Shown: positions 1 through 13,382, counted from the stretch's first letter. The stretch: DNA of 64,000 bases from Squalus acanthias (GCA_030390025.1 CM059433.1:28274001-28338000); one strand, 5' to 3'. A program made the numbers and translations. The notes: generated by a model from the letters alone, not told the origin.

Positions 1-2217
1 CAGGAGTTTAGAATCCCATATATTCTAGTCAGGTGAGAATACTGTCCCATAACCTAGCAAAAAAAAATAATCTGAGGGCCCCCCCCCACCCCTCCCAAAC
101 ATCATTGGCTAAATAACAGATACTGTCACTACAGATTGTCTTCAAGGGAACAGAAAGGAACCTTTCCTCCAGAGATCAAAGGCGTTGGATAGAGTTTATG
201 ATAGAAGATTGTACATCATCTGTGGGAAATAGTGGGCCCGATAGGCCAAATGAACTTCTTAAATGCTCTTATATTTAGATTAAAATTCACACTGAACTAC
301 ATAGCCCAGGAAAAACATCAGACTCGTCATATATACGAACACATTATGAGCAACTTTAAGGGGTGGTCCCATGTTCTTGTGAATGGCTGAATAATTAGTT
401 GGTGCTCTTATTTCAGTCTTTTAACCTTGAACACTCCTGGCTAGAAACAGGACGGAAAAACGCAGTGCAAAACTTCCTCTGTAGTGACATGAATGGGCGG
501 CAGCATCAGTTTTATGCTCCTGACATCACCGCAGGAGGCGATTCTACGCAAGGTGCCCGTTTCCTGGCAGTGATTCGAACAGCAGGTTTAAAAATCTGAA
601 ACTTGAGAGGGCGACTGAGAAATAATACCAGTCTGTGAGATCTCCCGGACTGGTTTCGATCACCTGAGGGGGTTGGAGAGGAATTTTCCAGAGTACTTTT
701 CCCCTTATTAGCCCTGGGTTTCTTCTGCCTCTCCCAAGAGACTACATGGCTGCGGGGGGCAGGGGGGTGGAGGGAAGAGGTGTTGTGTCATGATGATCTG
801 TCCATCATGAGTGTGGGACAGGCTTGCCGGACCAGCTGGTCTTTTCCTGCCCGTCAATTCCAGACGTGCTAGTTAGGCTATGCGGGCAGTCAAAGTTCAG
901 ATTGTGTCAAAATTCACAAAACCCTGCAAATTTATAGTGTCATCCATTAACTGCACTGACTGCAGTTGCTTGGGAAATATGGCCAACTGCGGACCGAACA
1001 CAACAAACCTGCCAAAAAGGCTGGACGGGGATGTATAGCAAGTTTTAACCGACGTAACATAAAAATAAAAACCATGCAGTCACGAACTTGCGATCGCGAG
1101 ATATGCAGAGTGGTAGAATGATTGTAGTGTTTTCAGCGATCAAGTAAAGCAAATTCAGATACAGGCTCCTGCTGCAGGTTGGACTTAGCATGTCATTCAG
1201 GACCCTGGTATGGTATTTCTTATATACTTGTTCGAAACAATGAAAGGCAAAGGCAATAATTGCAGTACTGACTTGGCACTCGTGCAAATCTCTTGCTCTG
1301 AATAATAAAGCCCGTGAAAGAAATTATCCAAAGTTTGCATGCACACAATCCACAGACATGATTACATTCAATAGAAAAATGTCTTAAGCATACAAACAGA
1401 AATTTATGACTACAAACATTAAAATATCAAATGGCGATTTCTTTTTTTACACATAAAATATCTAAACAGTACAATCAACTCAAACCATCTGAATATGAAA
1501 AAACTACTCCTAGTAGCAAAATATCTTGCTTCAGGCTGCATTCAACACTGAAATATTGCACAATTCATAAGAGTTAGTTCTGTCAATTAACAATCACAAA
1601 TGTAAAGCACAAATGGCAATGCGTTCGTTACATCTGTTAAAATGATAATAGAATTTCATAATTCATTACAACTTTTTTTCTTTAAAAAAGGGTTTTTAGT
1701 AAATTCCCTAAAGGAAAGTATTATAAGCTCGGTCTGGTGATTCTTGGTCCCGGTAACTGGACTACTCTCTCACTTGAAGGAAGTGCTTTCATGTATCAAT
1801 CACATTGCATTCATTACTGCTTTCCTTTTAGATAACGCGGTAGATCTGGCTGGATGCAGAAATGTAGCACAACTTGAGCACATTGATTTTCAGAATATAG
1901 CAGGTGACTAACTTGTAAACAAATCTAAAATCTCAACCAATCCATACAAAGCCGCAGCAATCAGACAAGCCAGTGATCGTTCCGTTTACAGCCGGGCACG
2001 GCTCTCCTTTTAAACTATCACCACCCTCAATCAAATTCGGACCGAGTGATTTGTTTTCCGATGCCTCCGCACTAGCAGAGCTCTGGGTTAGCCAAGTACT
2101 GCAGTGTCCGTAATTATAACCTACCACTGAAGTGTCAGAATATCTAAATTAAAAACCCTTACTGATCTGAACAGTTGTACAGCTGGTACACGTGGACTCT
2201 GTAGTGCAATGGAACGG

Positions 2218-2357
2218 CTAGAGTTTTCCGCAGCGGCCCATGAGGCTTCTGCTCTTCTTGGTCCTCTGCTTGTTTGGCCTAAGACTGATAACGTCGCCGC
2301 CATTTATCGTGCTGGAATTCTGGCCACAGTGACTGCCGCCAGCCGTGTTAAATACTC
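2218..2357 (-). CDS. RAB23: RAB23 last coding exon (GVFNTAGGSHCGQNSSTINGGDVISLRPNKQRTKKSRSLMGRCGKL*)
   Basis: Pyrimidine tract + CCCAG acceptor; RAB23-typical NGGDVIxLRPNKQRTKK; TAG stop. The six exons sum to 714 nt (237 aa). Confidence 0.95.
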
Positions 2358-3182
2358 CTGGGAGAAGAGAGGAATTTCAGTGATTTAATGCAATGCAAGT
2401 TAAGTACAGTCACGACTAACTGCATTGTACGACAGTTCTCACTGTTAGTGCACATTGAAAGGGGAAACCTTTTTATAATTAACCAGGTACAAAATGAACG
2501 TTTACTACTGAAGAATGATCACGCTAGAAATAATTCCTCTCCTTCACTGACCCTCTGCCTTGGTCTCAAACCTATTCTAAAACTGGTCATGCACAATCTT
2601 GCATTAATGTTTATCCTTTCATAAAATAGCTGCAACTACAGCTGCTTTTTAAAAAATAACTTACGCAACTTAGCCATCAACACAATTAATCTCGTCAGCT
2701 GCCCAAGAGAGATTGGATGGAGTTTCCTCAAACGTTAATGGTTATTACTGGCAGCCTAGCTCCAATGCATTTATTGCCTCCCAGACGACCCCCCCCCCCC
2801 CCCACCACCAAATGGGAGCAAAATGCTAACCTGTTCTCCGCCCCCGCCCCCCCAAACTCAACACACAAACTCCCCTCAGCAGAAAGTGCAAGCAGGTGCC
2901 TCGAATCTCCCCATAGTATCTCTCACCCTGACGATTTGCCGGGTAGTCTGCACCAGACTGAAGTTGCCTGTTGGCTCTCTCCCTGCTTTGGCACAGCAGC
3001 AAATTCCCAGAGGATTTCTGCGACAGCTTCAATACGCGTGGCAGGAAAAGAGCATCACTGGTTTGGACAAGCTGTGCCACCAGATTCAAATCATGTTCTT
3101 CCAGCAACTGCTCAACAAATTTCACAGCACCCAACACGACTACTTCTACTGTCATAAGGCCCACCACTTTACTAGGGCCACA

Positions 3183-3400
3183 GTGTCAGCCGTGGCTCAG
3201 TGGGTAGCACTCTCGCCTCCGAGTCGGAAAGCTGCGGGTTCAAGTCCCACTCCAGAGACTTGAACACAAAAATCTAGGCTGACACTCCAGTGCAGTACTG
3301 AGGGAAAGCTGCACTGTCGGAGGAGCTGTCTTTTGGATGAGACTTTGAACTGTGGCCCCGTCTGCCCTCGCAGGTGGCTGTAAAAGGTCCCACGGCACTT
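3183..3400 (+). mobile_element. Same SINE family, 3'-truncated
   Basis: GTGTCAGCCGTGGCTCAGTGGGTAGCACT..GGTTCAAGTCCC head plus central domain. Confidence 0.8.
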
Positions 3401-3429
3401 TCTTTTTTCCCCTCAGCGATCTAAAATCT

Positions 3430-3609
3430 AATGCAAATCAACCCAATTAGAGCAGACCTTCTGCAAAGCAGAGCTGCACCGCAGGGTATACCTCCGCCTC
3501 TACTCAATACTGTTCATCTCTGTGCACAGAATTGAGTAGAGGTCAAGATATACCCGGTGGAGCAGCTCTGCTTTCCAGAAGGACTGCTCTAATTGGGTTG
3601 ATTTGCATT
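3430..3609. repeat. 180-bp imperfect palindrome (83-bp arms, 14-nt loop) in the last RAB23 intron
   Basis: Arms align without gaps with about 10 mismatches; the outer 26 bp are perfect. Confidence 0.9.
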
Positions 3610-3685
3610 GGCTCCTGGGACTGGGATCTGGGCTGTACTTTCTCCAAAGGGAGAATGGCAGGAGGCCCCAAGATTGATTGTCATA

Positions 3686-4630
3686 CAATCCAGAAGAGAT
3701 TTACCAGAATGGTACCAGGGGTGAGGGACTTCAGTTATGTGGATAGACTGCAGAAGCCAGGGTTGTTCTCCTTCGAGCAGATAAGGTTAAGAGGGGATTT
3801 GTTAGAGGTGTTCAAAATCATGAACGTTTTGATGAGAAACTGTTTCCAGTGACAGAAGGGTCAGTAACCAGAGGACACAGATTTAAGGTAATTGGCAAAA
3901 GAACCAGAGGTGACATGATGAAACTTTTTTTTAAAGTCAGCGAGTTGTTGTGATCTGGAACGCACTGCCTGGAAGGCTGGTGGAAGCAGATTCAATAGTA
4001 ACTTTCAAAAGGGAATCGGATAAATACTTGAAAGAAAGGAGAAATTTACATGGCTATGGGGAAAGAGCAGGCGAGTGGAATTATTGGATAGCTCTTTCAA
4101 AGAATTGGCACAGAACCAGAATGATACCCGAACTTCAAGGGTTAAGTTACGAGGAGATATTACACAAATTAGGGTTGTATTCCCTTAAATTTAGAAGGTT
4201 AAGGGGTGATCTGATTGCAGTTTTCAAGATATTAAGGGGAACAGATAAGGTAGATAGAGAGAAACTATTTCCACTGGTTGGGGATCCTCGGACAAGGGGG
4301 CATAGTCTAAAAATTAGAGCCAGACCTTTGAGGAGTGAAATTAGGAAACACTTCTACACACAAAGGGTGGTAGAAGTTTGGAACTCTCTTCTGCAAACGG
4401 CAATTGATGCTGGATCAAGTGTTAATTTTAAATCGGAGATGGATAGCTTTCTGTTAACCAAAGGTTAAGGGATATGGGCCAAAGGCAGGTATATGGAGTT
4501 AGGTCGCAGATCAACCATAATCTCATTGAATGGCGGAGCAGACTCGAGGGGCTGAATGGCCTACTTATGTTCCTAGGTGCAATGGGCCGAATGGCCGCCT
4601 TCTGTGCTGTATGATTCTGTGACTCCATAT
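3686..4630 (+). mobile_element. Two nested CR1 3' fragments (second copy about 4114-4575)
   Basis: IQKRFTRMVPG..LRGDL occurs twice, and there are two distinct 3' UTR tails. Confidence 0.85.
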
Positions 4631-5188
4631 GCATTGGCAGGAGAGATATAAGGAACTGGAGGGGGTTGGAAGCAGGCTGAGGCAGCCTATCAAAAAGTCT
4701 TCGCCTTCGACAAAAAACAAATCACTAGCTCATCACAATCGACTGGAGGCAAGGGCAGAAATGGGAGGCAGTGGTTTGACATCAAAAGGAGGAGTCTGGG
4801 CTTGTCCTTCATCCCGAGGAGTTACAAAAACAGCGCGTGGAGCGAAAAGGAGGAGGAACAAAGTCCTGCCCTACAGCCAAACATTGTAATTGTGTGTGTA
4901 TCACACGCATCTTTCCTTGTGAAGCTTCCTGCTCCTACTCCTTGTTGATGGAACATAACAGCCAGCTTAGTTTATATTAAATAGGAACCAGAGTTGGCCA
5001 TTCAGCCCCTCGTCAATGACCTGCCATTCAATGAGATCAAGGCTGAATGTATCTTAACTCCATCTACCCACCTTGGTTCCATAACCCTGAATACACTTGC
5101 TAACAAAAATCTATCAATCTCAGTGTTGAAATTTTCTAGATGATCTAGAGTTGGAGGATTTGGCTGCAGAGGGAAGAGGATTGATATT

Positions 5189-5646
5189 GCGTCAGCTGTG
5201 GATCAGTGGGTAGCACTCTCGCCGGAGTCAGAAGGTTGTGGGTTCAAGTTATACCCTTGAACAGAAAAATCTAGGCCGACACTCCCAGTGCAGTACTGAG
5301 GGAGTCCTGCACTGTCGGAAGTGCCGTCTTTCAGATGAGAGGTTAAACTGAGGTCCTATCTGCTGTCTCAGGTGGAAGTAAAAAGATCCCAAGGCACTAT
5401 TTTGAAGAGGAGCAGAGGAATCCTCCCCAGTGTCCTGGCCAATATTTATCCCTCCATCAACATCACTAAACAACAGATCATCTGGTCATTATCACATTGC
5501 TGTTATTGGGAGCTTGCTGTGTGCAAATTGGCAGCTGTGTTTCTTACATTACAACAATGACTACACTTCAAAAGTACTTCATTGTCTGTAAAGCGCTTTG
5601 GGACGTCCTGAGGTTGTGAAAGGCACTATATAAATTTAAGTCTTTC
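5189..5646 (+). mobile_element. tRNA-derived DeuSINE-like (SacSINE1-like) SINE, full length
   Basis: A/B-box head (GGTTCAAG), central GTGCCGTCTTTCAGATGAGA..TTAAAC.GAGG domain, L2-like tail. Family name is from recall and not verified. Confidence 0.8.
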
Positions 5647-6150
5647 CAATGCTTGAGGTGAATCATTCAGATCTGGCAGTGAACAGCCAGGCCACTAGTT
5701 GCAGAGGTGGGGGTTGTACCAGGGTAACAGTGGAGGTGTGTGACTGAGGGATTTGGAGGGGATGAGGGCATCAAAGGCAGAGGCAATGGAGCTGTTGAGT
5801 CGGTCAACAAATGCAATCGTGTCATGGTTCAGAGAGGACCAAGGGAGAGGAAGCTGTGGGTTCAATATTTCCTGGGGTGGAGTGTTGGCAGAGGGGCTGC
5901 CCACAAGAAACTGGTTTGTTTTGTATAGGACCCTTACAATCAACAGCTAGAGCAGACTTTCATCCCTCGATTTGAATTAAGTTCCACATGTAAGGTTTTT
6001 GTCTAACCTACCTCATCACCTGGTCTCAGATAGTTCTCTTTTTAACATTGAAACCCTTTGACAGCTCAGATGAATACAGCACTTGAGGTTGTCAGAAATG
6101 TTTTAAATCACAACTCAGGTATTTTATGAGCTAGGTGAGGCACAAGGTAC

Positions 6151-6243
6151 CTATGCGGTTGCTTGTCGTGTGCACGTGTTCCTGTTCTTCAGTGGTTTGC
6201 TGTTTGAGTCGCTGAAGGTACTTCTCAGCCAGATACTTGAAAA
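6151..6243 (-). CDS. RAB23: RAB23 coding exon 5 (VFKYLAEKYLQRLKQQTTEEQEHVHTTSNRI)
   Basis: TCACAG acceptor and GTACCT donor; 93 nt; in phase; matches RAB23 helix 5 and start of the hypervariable region. Confidence 0.94.
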   Translation of the reverse strand, partial: FSSIWLRSTFSDSNSKPLKNRNTCTRQATA

Positions 6244-8714
6244 CTGTGAAGACAAAATAACTTGAATCTTCTGTCTATGTTTTCTAAAGTCATTATTGAA
6301 TACACTGTATCTAACTTGTCGAAGACTATTTTGTTAAAAACCCCGTCTCCTAGAGATACTGAAACAATTATTTATTTTGAAAGTGTGAAAACATCATATT
6401 AATTTCAAGAATAGATAAGTTCAGCAGACTTGAAAAGTTAATACATCCAAAAAAAAACTGCAAAAGCATTCTGAAAGAAGTGATGTTCCCTATTGAAATT
6501 TGCACAGTGCACTCATTAGTACAAAATTCATGTTTTGTAATTTTTCCTATCAATATACACACTCAACCCAAAAGCATCAAACACAAACACAAAATAAATG
6601 TTAATATATTCACACTATAAATCACCTGGTATTTACCAAGTACAAAATGCTTGACATATGCCTTAAAATGCAGCATTGTGATTTTATTTTAAAGCAGTAC
6701 AATTAGCACACCACTCTTTCCTCCAGCTGTCTCAGGCAGGCTCAGACACTGGAAAATCCAACCACCGCCAACAAGATCCAAGGAGCACTGACGTTGGGCT
6801 TCTCGCTGGTTTCTACAAAGCCCTAGTTTCCAAGCTGAAGTTGCTGCTGCTCAAACTCCTCAATTGTGTTGTGCTCTCCCAAACCTATTCAATGCAGCTC
6901 CAGCTATGCTGATGCATAATGCCAAAGACCCCCAACGTATATATTTCCCATATCATGAATAATGAGCATGAAAATACTGGCTGGGATTCTGCCCTCCAGT
7001 GGTCCCCCAAATAGGCTCATCTCTGTATTTAAATCAAATGTTACTAACACACTAACGGTATTTAAATTAAATGTTACTAACAAAAGGAGAAATTTGCAGG
7101 TCTATGGGCAAAGAGCAGGGGAGTAGGTCTGATTGTATAGCTCTTTCAGAGAGCTATAAATAAGCACAACGGGCCGAATGCCCTCCTTTTGTGCTGTATG
7201 ATCCTATGCTGCTGCAAATATTATGTAAATAAAATGCACAATGACGAAGTTTCCAAAAACAATTTTAGAAAAGGTGTACAAATTTCTACGATTGCAGACT
7301 AAAGGAATAAGCACTGATTATTAAATAAACAGAGGTTATATGGTTAAATACTGTATGGGTTTCAACTTTCCTGGAACCATGGAAATATCATCTGAGCATT
7401 TCACTGATCAGGGTACAAACATGGATTGCCTGGTTACATTAATAACCTACAGCTTTTGCTCAATTGCCTTGCAGAGGCAGGGAGACAGGTCAGCTTAATT
7501 TCTCAATCTTTATTTGTTGTTTCTCACCTCCCACAGGAGATTAAATAAATTGGAGAGACTCAATCAAACTGTAACATGTTCGGTAGGAAAGAGCAGGTTG
7601 AGCTAAATAGCTTTGTTGTGAACATTCTTAAGACAGACTTTGATTTCTTTCCTTTAAAAAAAATTACACATACAATCTTAATCTCTGTTTTTAAGCAAGA
7701 TTCCACAATTTAAAACCCAGCATTATTGTGCAATGTTGTTTTGCTTGAAAAAGGATACATACTGTAACTGGCATTTCTGCTTTCATTTAAAATGTGTATA
7801 ATGGTAATACAACATTCAACAATTCTGACAATTGTATCCAAACACAACATAATCCACTATCAGCATTTAAGCAGTTATTAAAGCCTTTTATTAATGAGAA
7901 CAAATATTCCCAACATGCTTATAAATAAGGGTGCGTTTTAAAAGAAGAGCCTTGGAACACAACGTATGACTGCTGGAAAGGATAAGCCTCCTAACTGCAG
8001 AAACACACACACTGGAACCTTGTGCAGGAACGGAAAAAATAAACCAGAGCATCAAATTGTTTTAGATTAATTGGCACAGGGTAAAAGCACTTTCTACTCT
8101 GGCCGAGAAATATGCCTCAAGTTGCACCTCTGAAAAGCTCCAATGTCCTCCCACCTGCCACCCTTTGGGCACTCAGCAGGATTGTGGGTAGTTTTGTGCA
8201 CATTCTTAGTGGGCTTGAAACTACCCACATTTATTCCAGTTGGGATGTTTACAGACAGAAATTGGGGGCTTTCATCTCACCAATCTGGGCTGTATTGCAA
8301 GTCTCAAGTCCTGGCAGTGAAAGGACAGTGCATTAACCCACTGTGCCACCCAATCCAGGGAAGAATCTTAACATTTTTGGAGTGTCCACTTGTAGCAATC
8401 AACAATAACAACTTGCATAGATAGATAGCACCTTTAATGTGGTAAAACATCCCAAAGCGCTTCACAAGAGTGCTTTCAAACAAAATTTGACACCTGGCCA
8501 CATAAGGAAACATTAGGACAGGTGGTAGCTTTTAAGAAGCTTTCTTAAAGGAGGAAAGGGAGAAGGGTGAAAAGGGGGAGAGGTTTATGGAGGGAATTCG
8601 AGAGCTTACGACCGAGACTGCTGAAGGCACGGCCGCAAATGAAGGGGTGAAGGAAATCAGGAATGCGCAAGAGGTCAGAATTGGAGGAACGCAGCGTTTT
8701 CGGAGGGCTGTAGG

Positions 8715-8882
8715 CAATGTTCACTGTAAATGTATTTATTTATTTAAATTGACCCACATGGCCCCTTTAAGGGGCTGCGCAGCCCATTCAAAATACCACG
8801 CAGGTGCGGTTTTTCTATTGAAAAACTGGCAAGCCGGCTGTGCGGGACCCCTGGAGTGCTCTGCAGCTTACAGGGAACATTG
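8715..8882. mobile_element. Second copy of the short MITE
   Basis: TIRs CAATGTTCACTGTAA / TTACAGGGAACATTG; interior similar to 28125-28288; no TSD visible. Confidence 0.7.
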
Positions 8883-9313
8883 GTCCCTGGGATACGTGGG
8901 CCCCCGGGGAGGCCCAGGGCCGCGAGTCTCTGTGGATCCCGAGGCCCCAGGCATGCGGGCATTTTATTTGCGGATCTGGGTCATTTCCCCACGGGAAGCC
9001 TCCGACCGCAAATTCAGGGCCAATAGCTTTTTATTTCTAGATTTTGTTTCAACTGATTCAAATTCTCAAACTGCCACGGTGGGATTTGAACTCATGGTCC
9101 CAGAATTATTAGTCCAGGCCTCTGGATTACTAGTCCAGTAACATAACCACTATGCCAGCGTTGTCCAAATTTCTATGAGGTAATCGCTAATTAATGTAAG
9201 CAAATTGTGGTACAGCTCCAATATTACCAAGGCAGTTTTCAATTGCAAAAAAAACTAATAAAGTAATGACAAAATGCAAGATTAGACAGGAAAGAGCCAC
9301 TAGGTACACTCAC

Positions 9314-9396
9314 CTTCATTCACATTCAGATCCTCCTTCACAGAAGCCCGATAAAACCTTAGCTTCAGTTTTTTAGCTAGACCCTCTGCCTCTTCA
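9314..9396 (-). CDS. RAB23: RAB23 coding exon 4 (EEAEGLAKKLKLRFYRASVKEDLNVNE)
   Basis: G5-like ASVK motif; TAG acceptor and GTGAGT donor; 83 nt. Confidence 0.96.
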
Positions 9397-11106
9397 CTAC
9401 ATTTCAAAACAAAGAAAAACACAAAGATTAGCACATTCTTTTTTTGAAGATATACTTTAGCAGTTTTCAGGTTACAAGTTACCACAGTTCCTACATTAAT
9501 GTGCATCGATTTACACTGGTTCTGTAAATTTAATAGTCCACAAATGCAAGCCTTCCCCTTCCTCTGCATCAATTATTGCCTTTGCACTGCTGAGGTGTTG
9601 ATGTCAGGAAGCATTTCTTCACACCAAGGGTAATGGGAATCTGGAACTCTCTTCCCCAAAAAGCTGTTGAGGCTGGGTGGGGGTCAATCGAAAATGTCAA
9701 AACGGAGATTGGTCGATTCTTGTTAGGCAATGGTATTAAGGGTTATGCTACCAAGGCGGGTAGATGGAGTTAAGACACAGATCAGACATGATCTAATTGA
9801 ATGGTGGAATAGGCTCAAGGGGCTGAATGGCTGACTCCAGTTCCTATGTTGGTGTCCTGATATTTGCTTTCCCCCCTTCGCACCTTTGGCTTATCCTGGA
9901 TAGGACAAATTCTATCCAAATAGTTAATAAAAATGAGCTTTTCAGTGTGCAAATCTTTGTCTCCACTGTCTAAAATTCTGCCCTCCCATTCACTTTCTGG
10001 TCAATGCTGAACTTGTTTTTGGTTCTTTTGAATGGGATGCTATGGTCTTTCACATAACGTACTGAGCTATCAATGGCGTCCAGGTACTTAGCAATCTCTT
10101 CTGCCCTCCCTCCTGATTCTTAGACTTCGATTTTAATCATTCATCGTCAATCAAGCTCAAATCTCTCCCTCAGCGAGTGTTGGGAAAATGAGCGGCAAGC
10201 GAGAATGGAATTGCGATAAAGAGTGAATCTTATTTATTTGGTTCGTGTAGCAAATGGCTTAAACCAAAACTTGCTACTGCTTGCTGGATCCAAAATACCT
10301 TTAGAAAATGAAGGCAACATTTTACAAATCATGATCATGACTTCCAACTCCGACTATTATAACCTTTCCAATTTTACAACTGCAAGCGGATTTGTTACAT
10401 AAATTTCAGTCTCCTTATCTGCATCAGTGAAGTTGAACAGAGACTCTCTCCTCGAGGGACTGGTTTAGACTGCATTTACACTTTTAACTGTGGCAGTGGT
10501 GCAAAGCAAAACCATCAGTGTAAGAGGCCCAGCTAATGCATTGACAATATTCTCCTAGTGCCGAGGAATGCTCTTGGTCTATGTGCAAATTATCCCAGTT
10601 GACATTACCTGTAGCTCTACAGTATTGTGTTTTTCCATTCACCTTTCGAATGCCTCTCTTTTCCCCCCTGCCACACCACTGATCTCCGGTTACAGATTAA
10701 TAACTGCAAAAATGTCCTCATGGCATTTTGTATCTGAAATCTCTGCGCTCCTCCAATTCTAGCCTCTTGCACATCACCGATTTCCTTCGCTCCACTATTG
10801 GCGGCTGTGCCTTCAGCTGTCCAGGTCCTGAGCTCTGGAATTTCCTCCCAAAACCTCGCCACCTCTCTCTCCTCCTTTAAGATGTTGCTTAAAACCTCCC
10901 TCTTTGACAAAGCTTTTGATCACCTGTCCCCTTATGCGGCTCGGTGTAAAATTTTGTTTGAAAGCACTCCTATGAAGCGCCATGGGACGTTTTATTATGT
11001 TAAATGCGCTATATAAATGCAAGTTGTTGCATATATTTTGAGTGAGTCTAACCAACAATTTACAACACCAGTCAACTTAAATTGAATAAAACTATTATCC
11101 ACATAC

Positions 11107-11263
11107 TTTTTAAGTACAGTTTCATCCAGGAGGTCAATTTTGTTCTGTACCAGGACCGTAGGGATATCTCCGACTTCAGCCTCGACTTTCTCCTTCCAGC
11201 TTGGGATAGCCTCGAAAGACTCTCTGTCGGTGGTGGAGAACACCAGCACACATGCCTGAGCAC
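11107..11263 (-). CDS. RAB23: RAB23 coding exon 3 (GAQACVLVFSTTDRESFEAIPSWKEKVEAEVGDIPTVLVQNKIDLLDETVLK)
   Basis: NKID G4 motif; TTACAG acceptor and GTATGT donor; 157 nt. Confidence 0.97.
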
Positions 11264-12188
11264 CTGTAATAAAACACCAAAACCATCACATTAGAATTGC
11301 GACTGATCTCTGATGAATGTTGCAACATATAACTCTAGCAATTTGAATTCTGTCCCACTGAAAATGTTCAACAATATAAATTTGCACAATATTACTTGAA
11401 GAATTGCATTGCATCACCAAAGCAATCACCACCTTGGGCCATATGAGAATAATACTTGGTGAAAGTACGCGAACTGCTCCAGAGACCTTCAAGGAATCCT
11501 CCACACATTGGTATGGGAAACGTTCACTGCACAACTAGAAGCAGCACCAACTTTTTCCTTGAAAGTCTTGCTTGGCTACATTGCAACATGCTCGAGCACA
11601 ATTTACTAACCTCAGCTTAGTATTGGGTTTGCACAACGTTTCACACAGGAACAAGAAAAACTCACTAGATTGCTCCATGAAGTCAAATATATATATATGT
11701 ATCTCTCAACTAAGTGACACTCCTTTCAATGGCAGGGATGAGAGATGGCAGATTTAAAGCACCCATTTGCTGAAATAAGTGAAAGAAGCAGTTTTCAGAG
11801 ATTGAGGCTGTACTTAAAATTTCTGTTTTTCGGCACGTATTATTGAATCTACCCTGCATATAGTGTGCAATGGATTGATTCTTAGGCCCCCATCTGCTGC
11901 ACTAACAGAATGGCCGAATTACCTACTTCTGCTCTTATTTGTTATGATACATTGTTGACCTGTGTGTGCCAGTTACGGGCAATATGCTATTTCACCCTAT
12001 AAAAGTGCAAGTTATAAAATGCCCTTTTATGTGAAAGAGAAGATTCAGTCAAAAAACATTTTTACAAAAGTTATTTTTACCCAGGATTCTATAACAGATA
12101 TGAATACTCGAGTTAAAAGACAGACCAGAGGAGAACTCGAACAGGCATCCTCTTACAAATGTATCCTATTAAAACTAACTAGACTCAC

Positions 12189-12274
12189 CTCTATAATATG
12201 CTTTCGTTATAGCATCAAACTCCTCTTGGCCTGCTGTATCCCATAACATTAATCTGACATCCTCATCATTAACT
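12189..12274 (-). CDS. RAB23: RAB23 coding exon 2 (VNDEDVRLMLWDTAGQEEFDAITKAYYR)
   Basis: WDTAGQE G3 motif; TTTCAG acceptor and GTGAGT donor; 86 nt; phases fit neighbouring exons. Confidence 0.97.
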
Positions 12275-12951
12275 CTGAAAGATAAATGCGACACTTGAGA
12301 TGAAATCTTTTGTCTTCGAAACCCCAAAATTAGCTTGTGACTGCTGTCCGTGCGGAACATTTAATGGAGCGTTTATTTAGTCTAACCATGCTTAATTACA
12401 GACAGCTCGCCACATCCAACCAGCTCTGATCTCAAGACCACAGCTGTTTGGCATCAACAAGAACAATCACCACATCACATGCTCAGACTGGTATTTTACG
12501 ACTGCCTTCTATAGTTTGCTTCAATATTATACACTAATTTGCTTGCTTATTACAGAGGCTACTTTCAAAGGATAATGGATTGAGAACCCTTGTGCTTAAT
12601 CAGGCTCAAAGTAATTACCAATAAAAGGAACATATCTATTCAATTAGTAGCTGATGCTTTATTATAGGGTTGTTTATGAAATGCAGTTTGTTCTCCTCAA
12701 CCACTTTATTGCAAGATCTCTCCGCACAATTGCTCTTTCGTTCAGAGGGTAGGGAGAAATAAACTCACTGCCTGCTACTGGAAGATGTGCAGGAGCAACC
12801 CAAGTGAACAATCCTTCAACTGTCCCTCTAGTAATCCAGGTGAGGGATCTCCTTATTTGAGGAATACATATTCCTTCTCACCACAACGTAACTTGTTAAA
12901 ACGCCAACATGTAGCACTACCATTATTACCACATGAAGATTTTACTACCCA

Positions 12952-13382
12952 TGTCAGCTTAGCTCAGTGAGGAGCACTCTCAACTTTTGAACCAGAAGGT
13001 GGTGGGCTGAAGCCGCACTCCAGGGGCTAGAGCCCCACTCCAGGGGCTAGAGCATCTAATCTAGGCTGACTCTTCAGTGCAGTACCGAAGGATTGTTACA
13101 CTGTCAGAGGTGCCATCTTTCAGATCAGGTACTAAAAACCTGAGGCCCAGGTTGAATTCAAAAGAAGTACAGTGGCACTGCTCAAAGAGCAAGGAGTTGT
13201 CCAGGTGCCCTAAGCAGCTGTTCTTCCTCAACCTACACCAGCAAAAATAACTAACTAGTCGAGCATCTCATTTGCGACTGTGGGATCTTGCTGTGCATAC
13301 ATTGTTGCTGCATTTTCCTCACACAACTTAAACAGTGAGCGAGAAGCACTTTGGGATGTTCTGAGGAATATAAATGCAAGCC
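12952..13382 (+). mobile_element. Same SINE family, degenerate, with a short internal tandem duplication
   Basis: Head, central domain and TATAAATGCAAG tail are recognisable. Confidence 0.7.

Noticed and set aside
640..700. Possible hammerhead near TTTCGATCACCTGAGG
   Set aside because: No correctly ordered CUGANGA-stem-GAAA on either strand. The segment belongs to a dispersed repeat also seen near 48350-48850.
900..2217. RAB23 polyadenylation site
   Set aside because: The region looks like 3' UTR, but no canonical minus-strand AATAAA/ATTAAA could be assigned with confidence.
3183..3255. tRNA-like sequence (also at 5190, 12952, 21599 and 47483)
   Set aside because: These are SINE heads continuous with the SINE body, not standalone tRNA genes.
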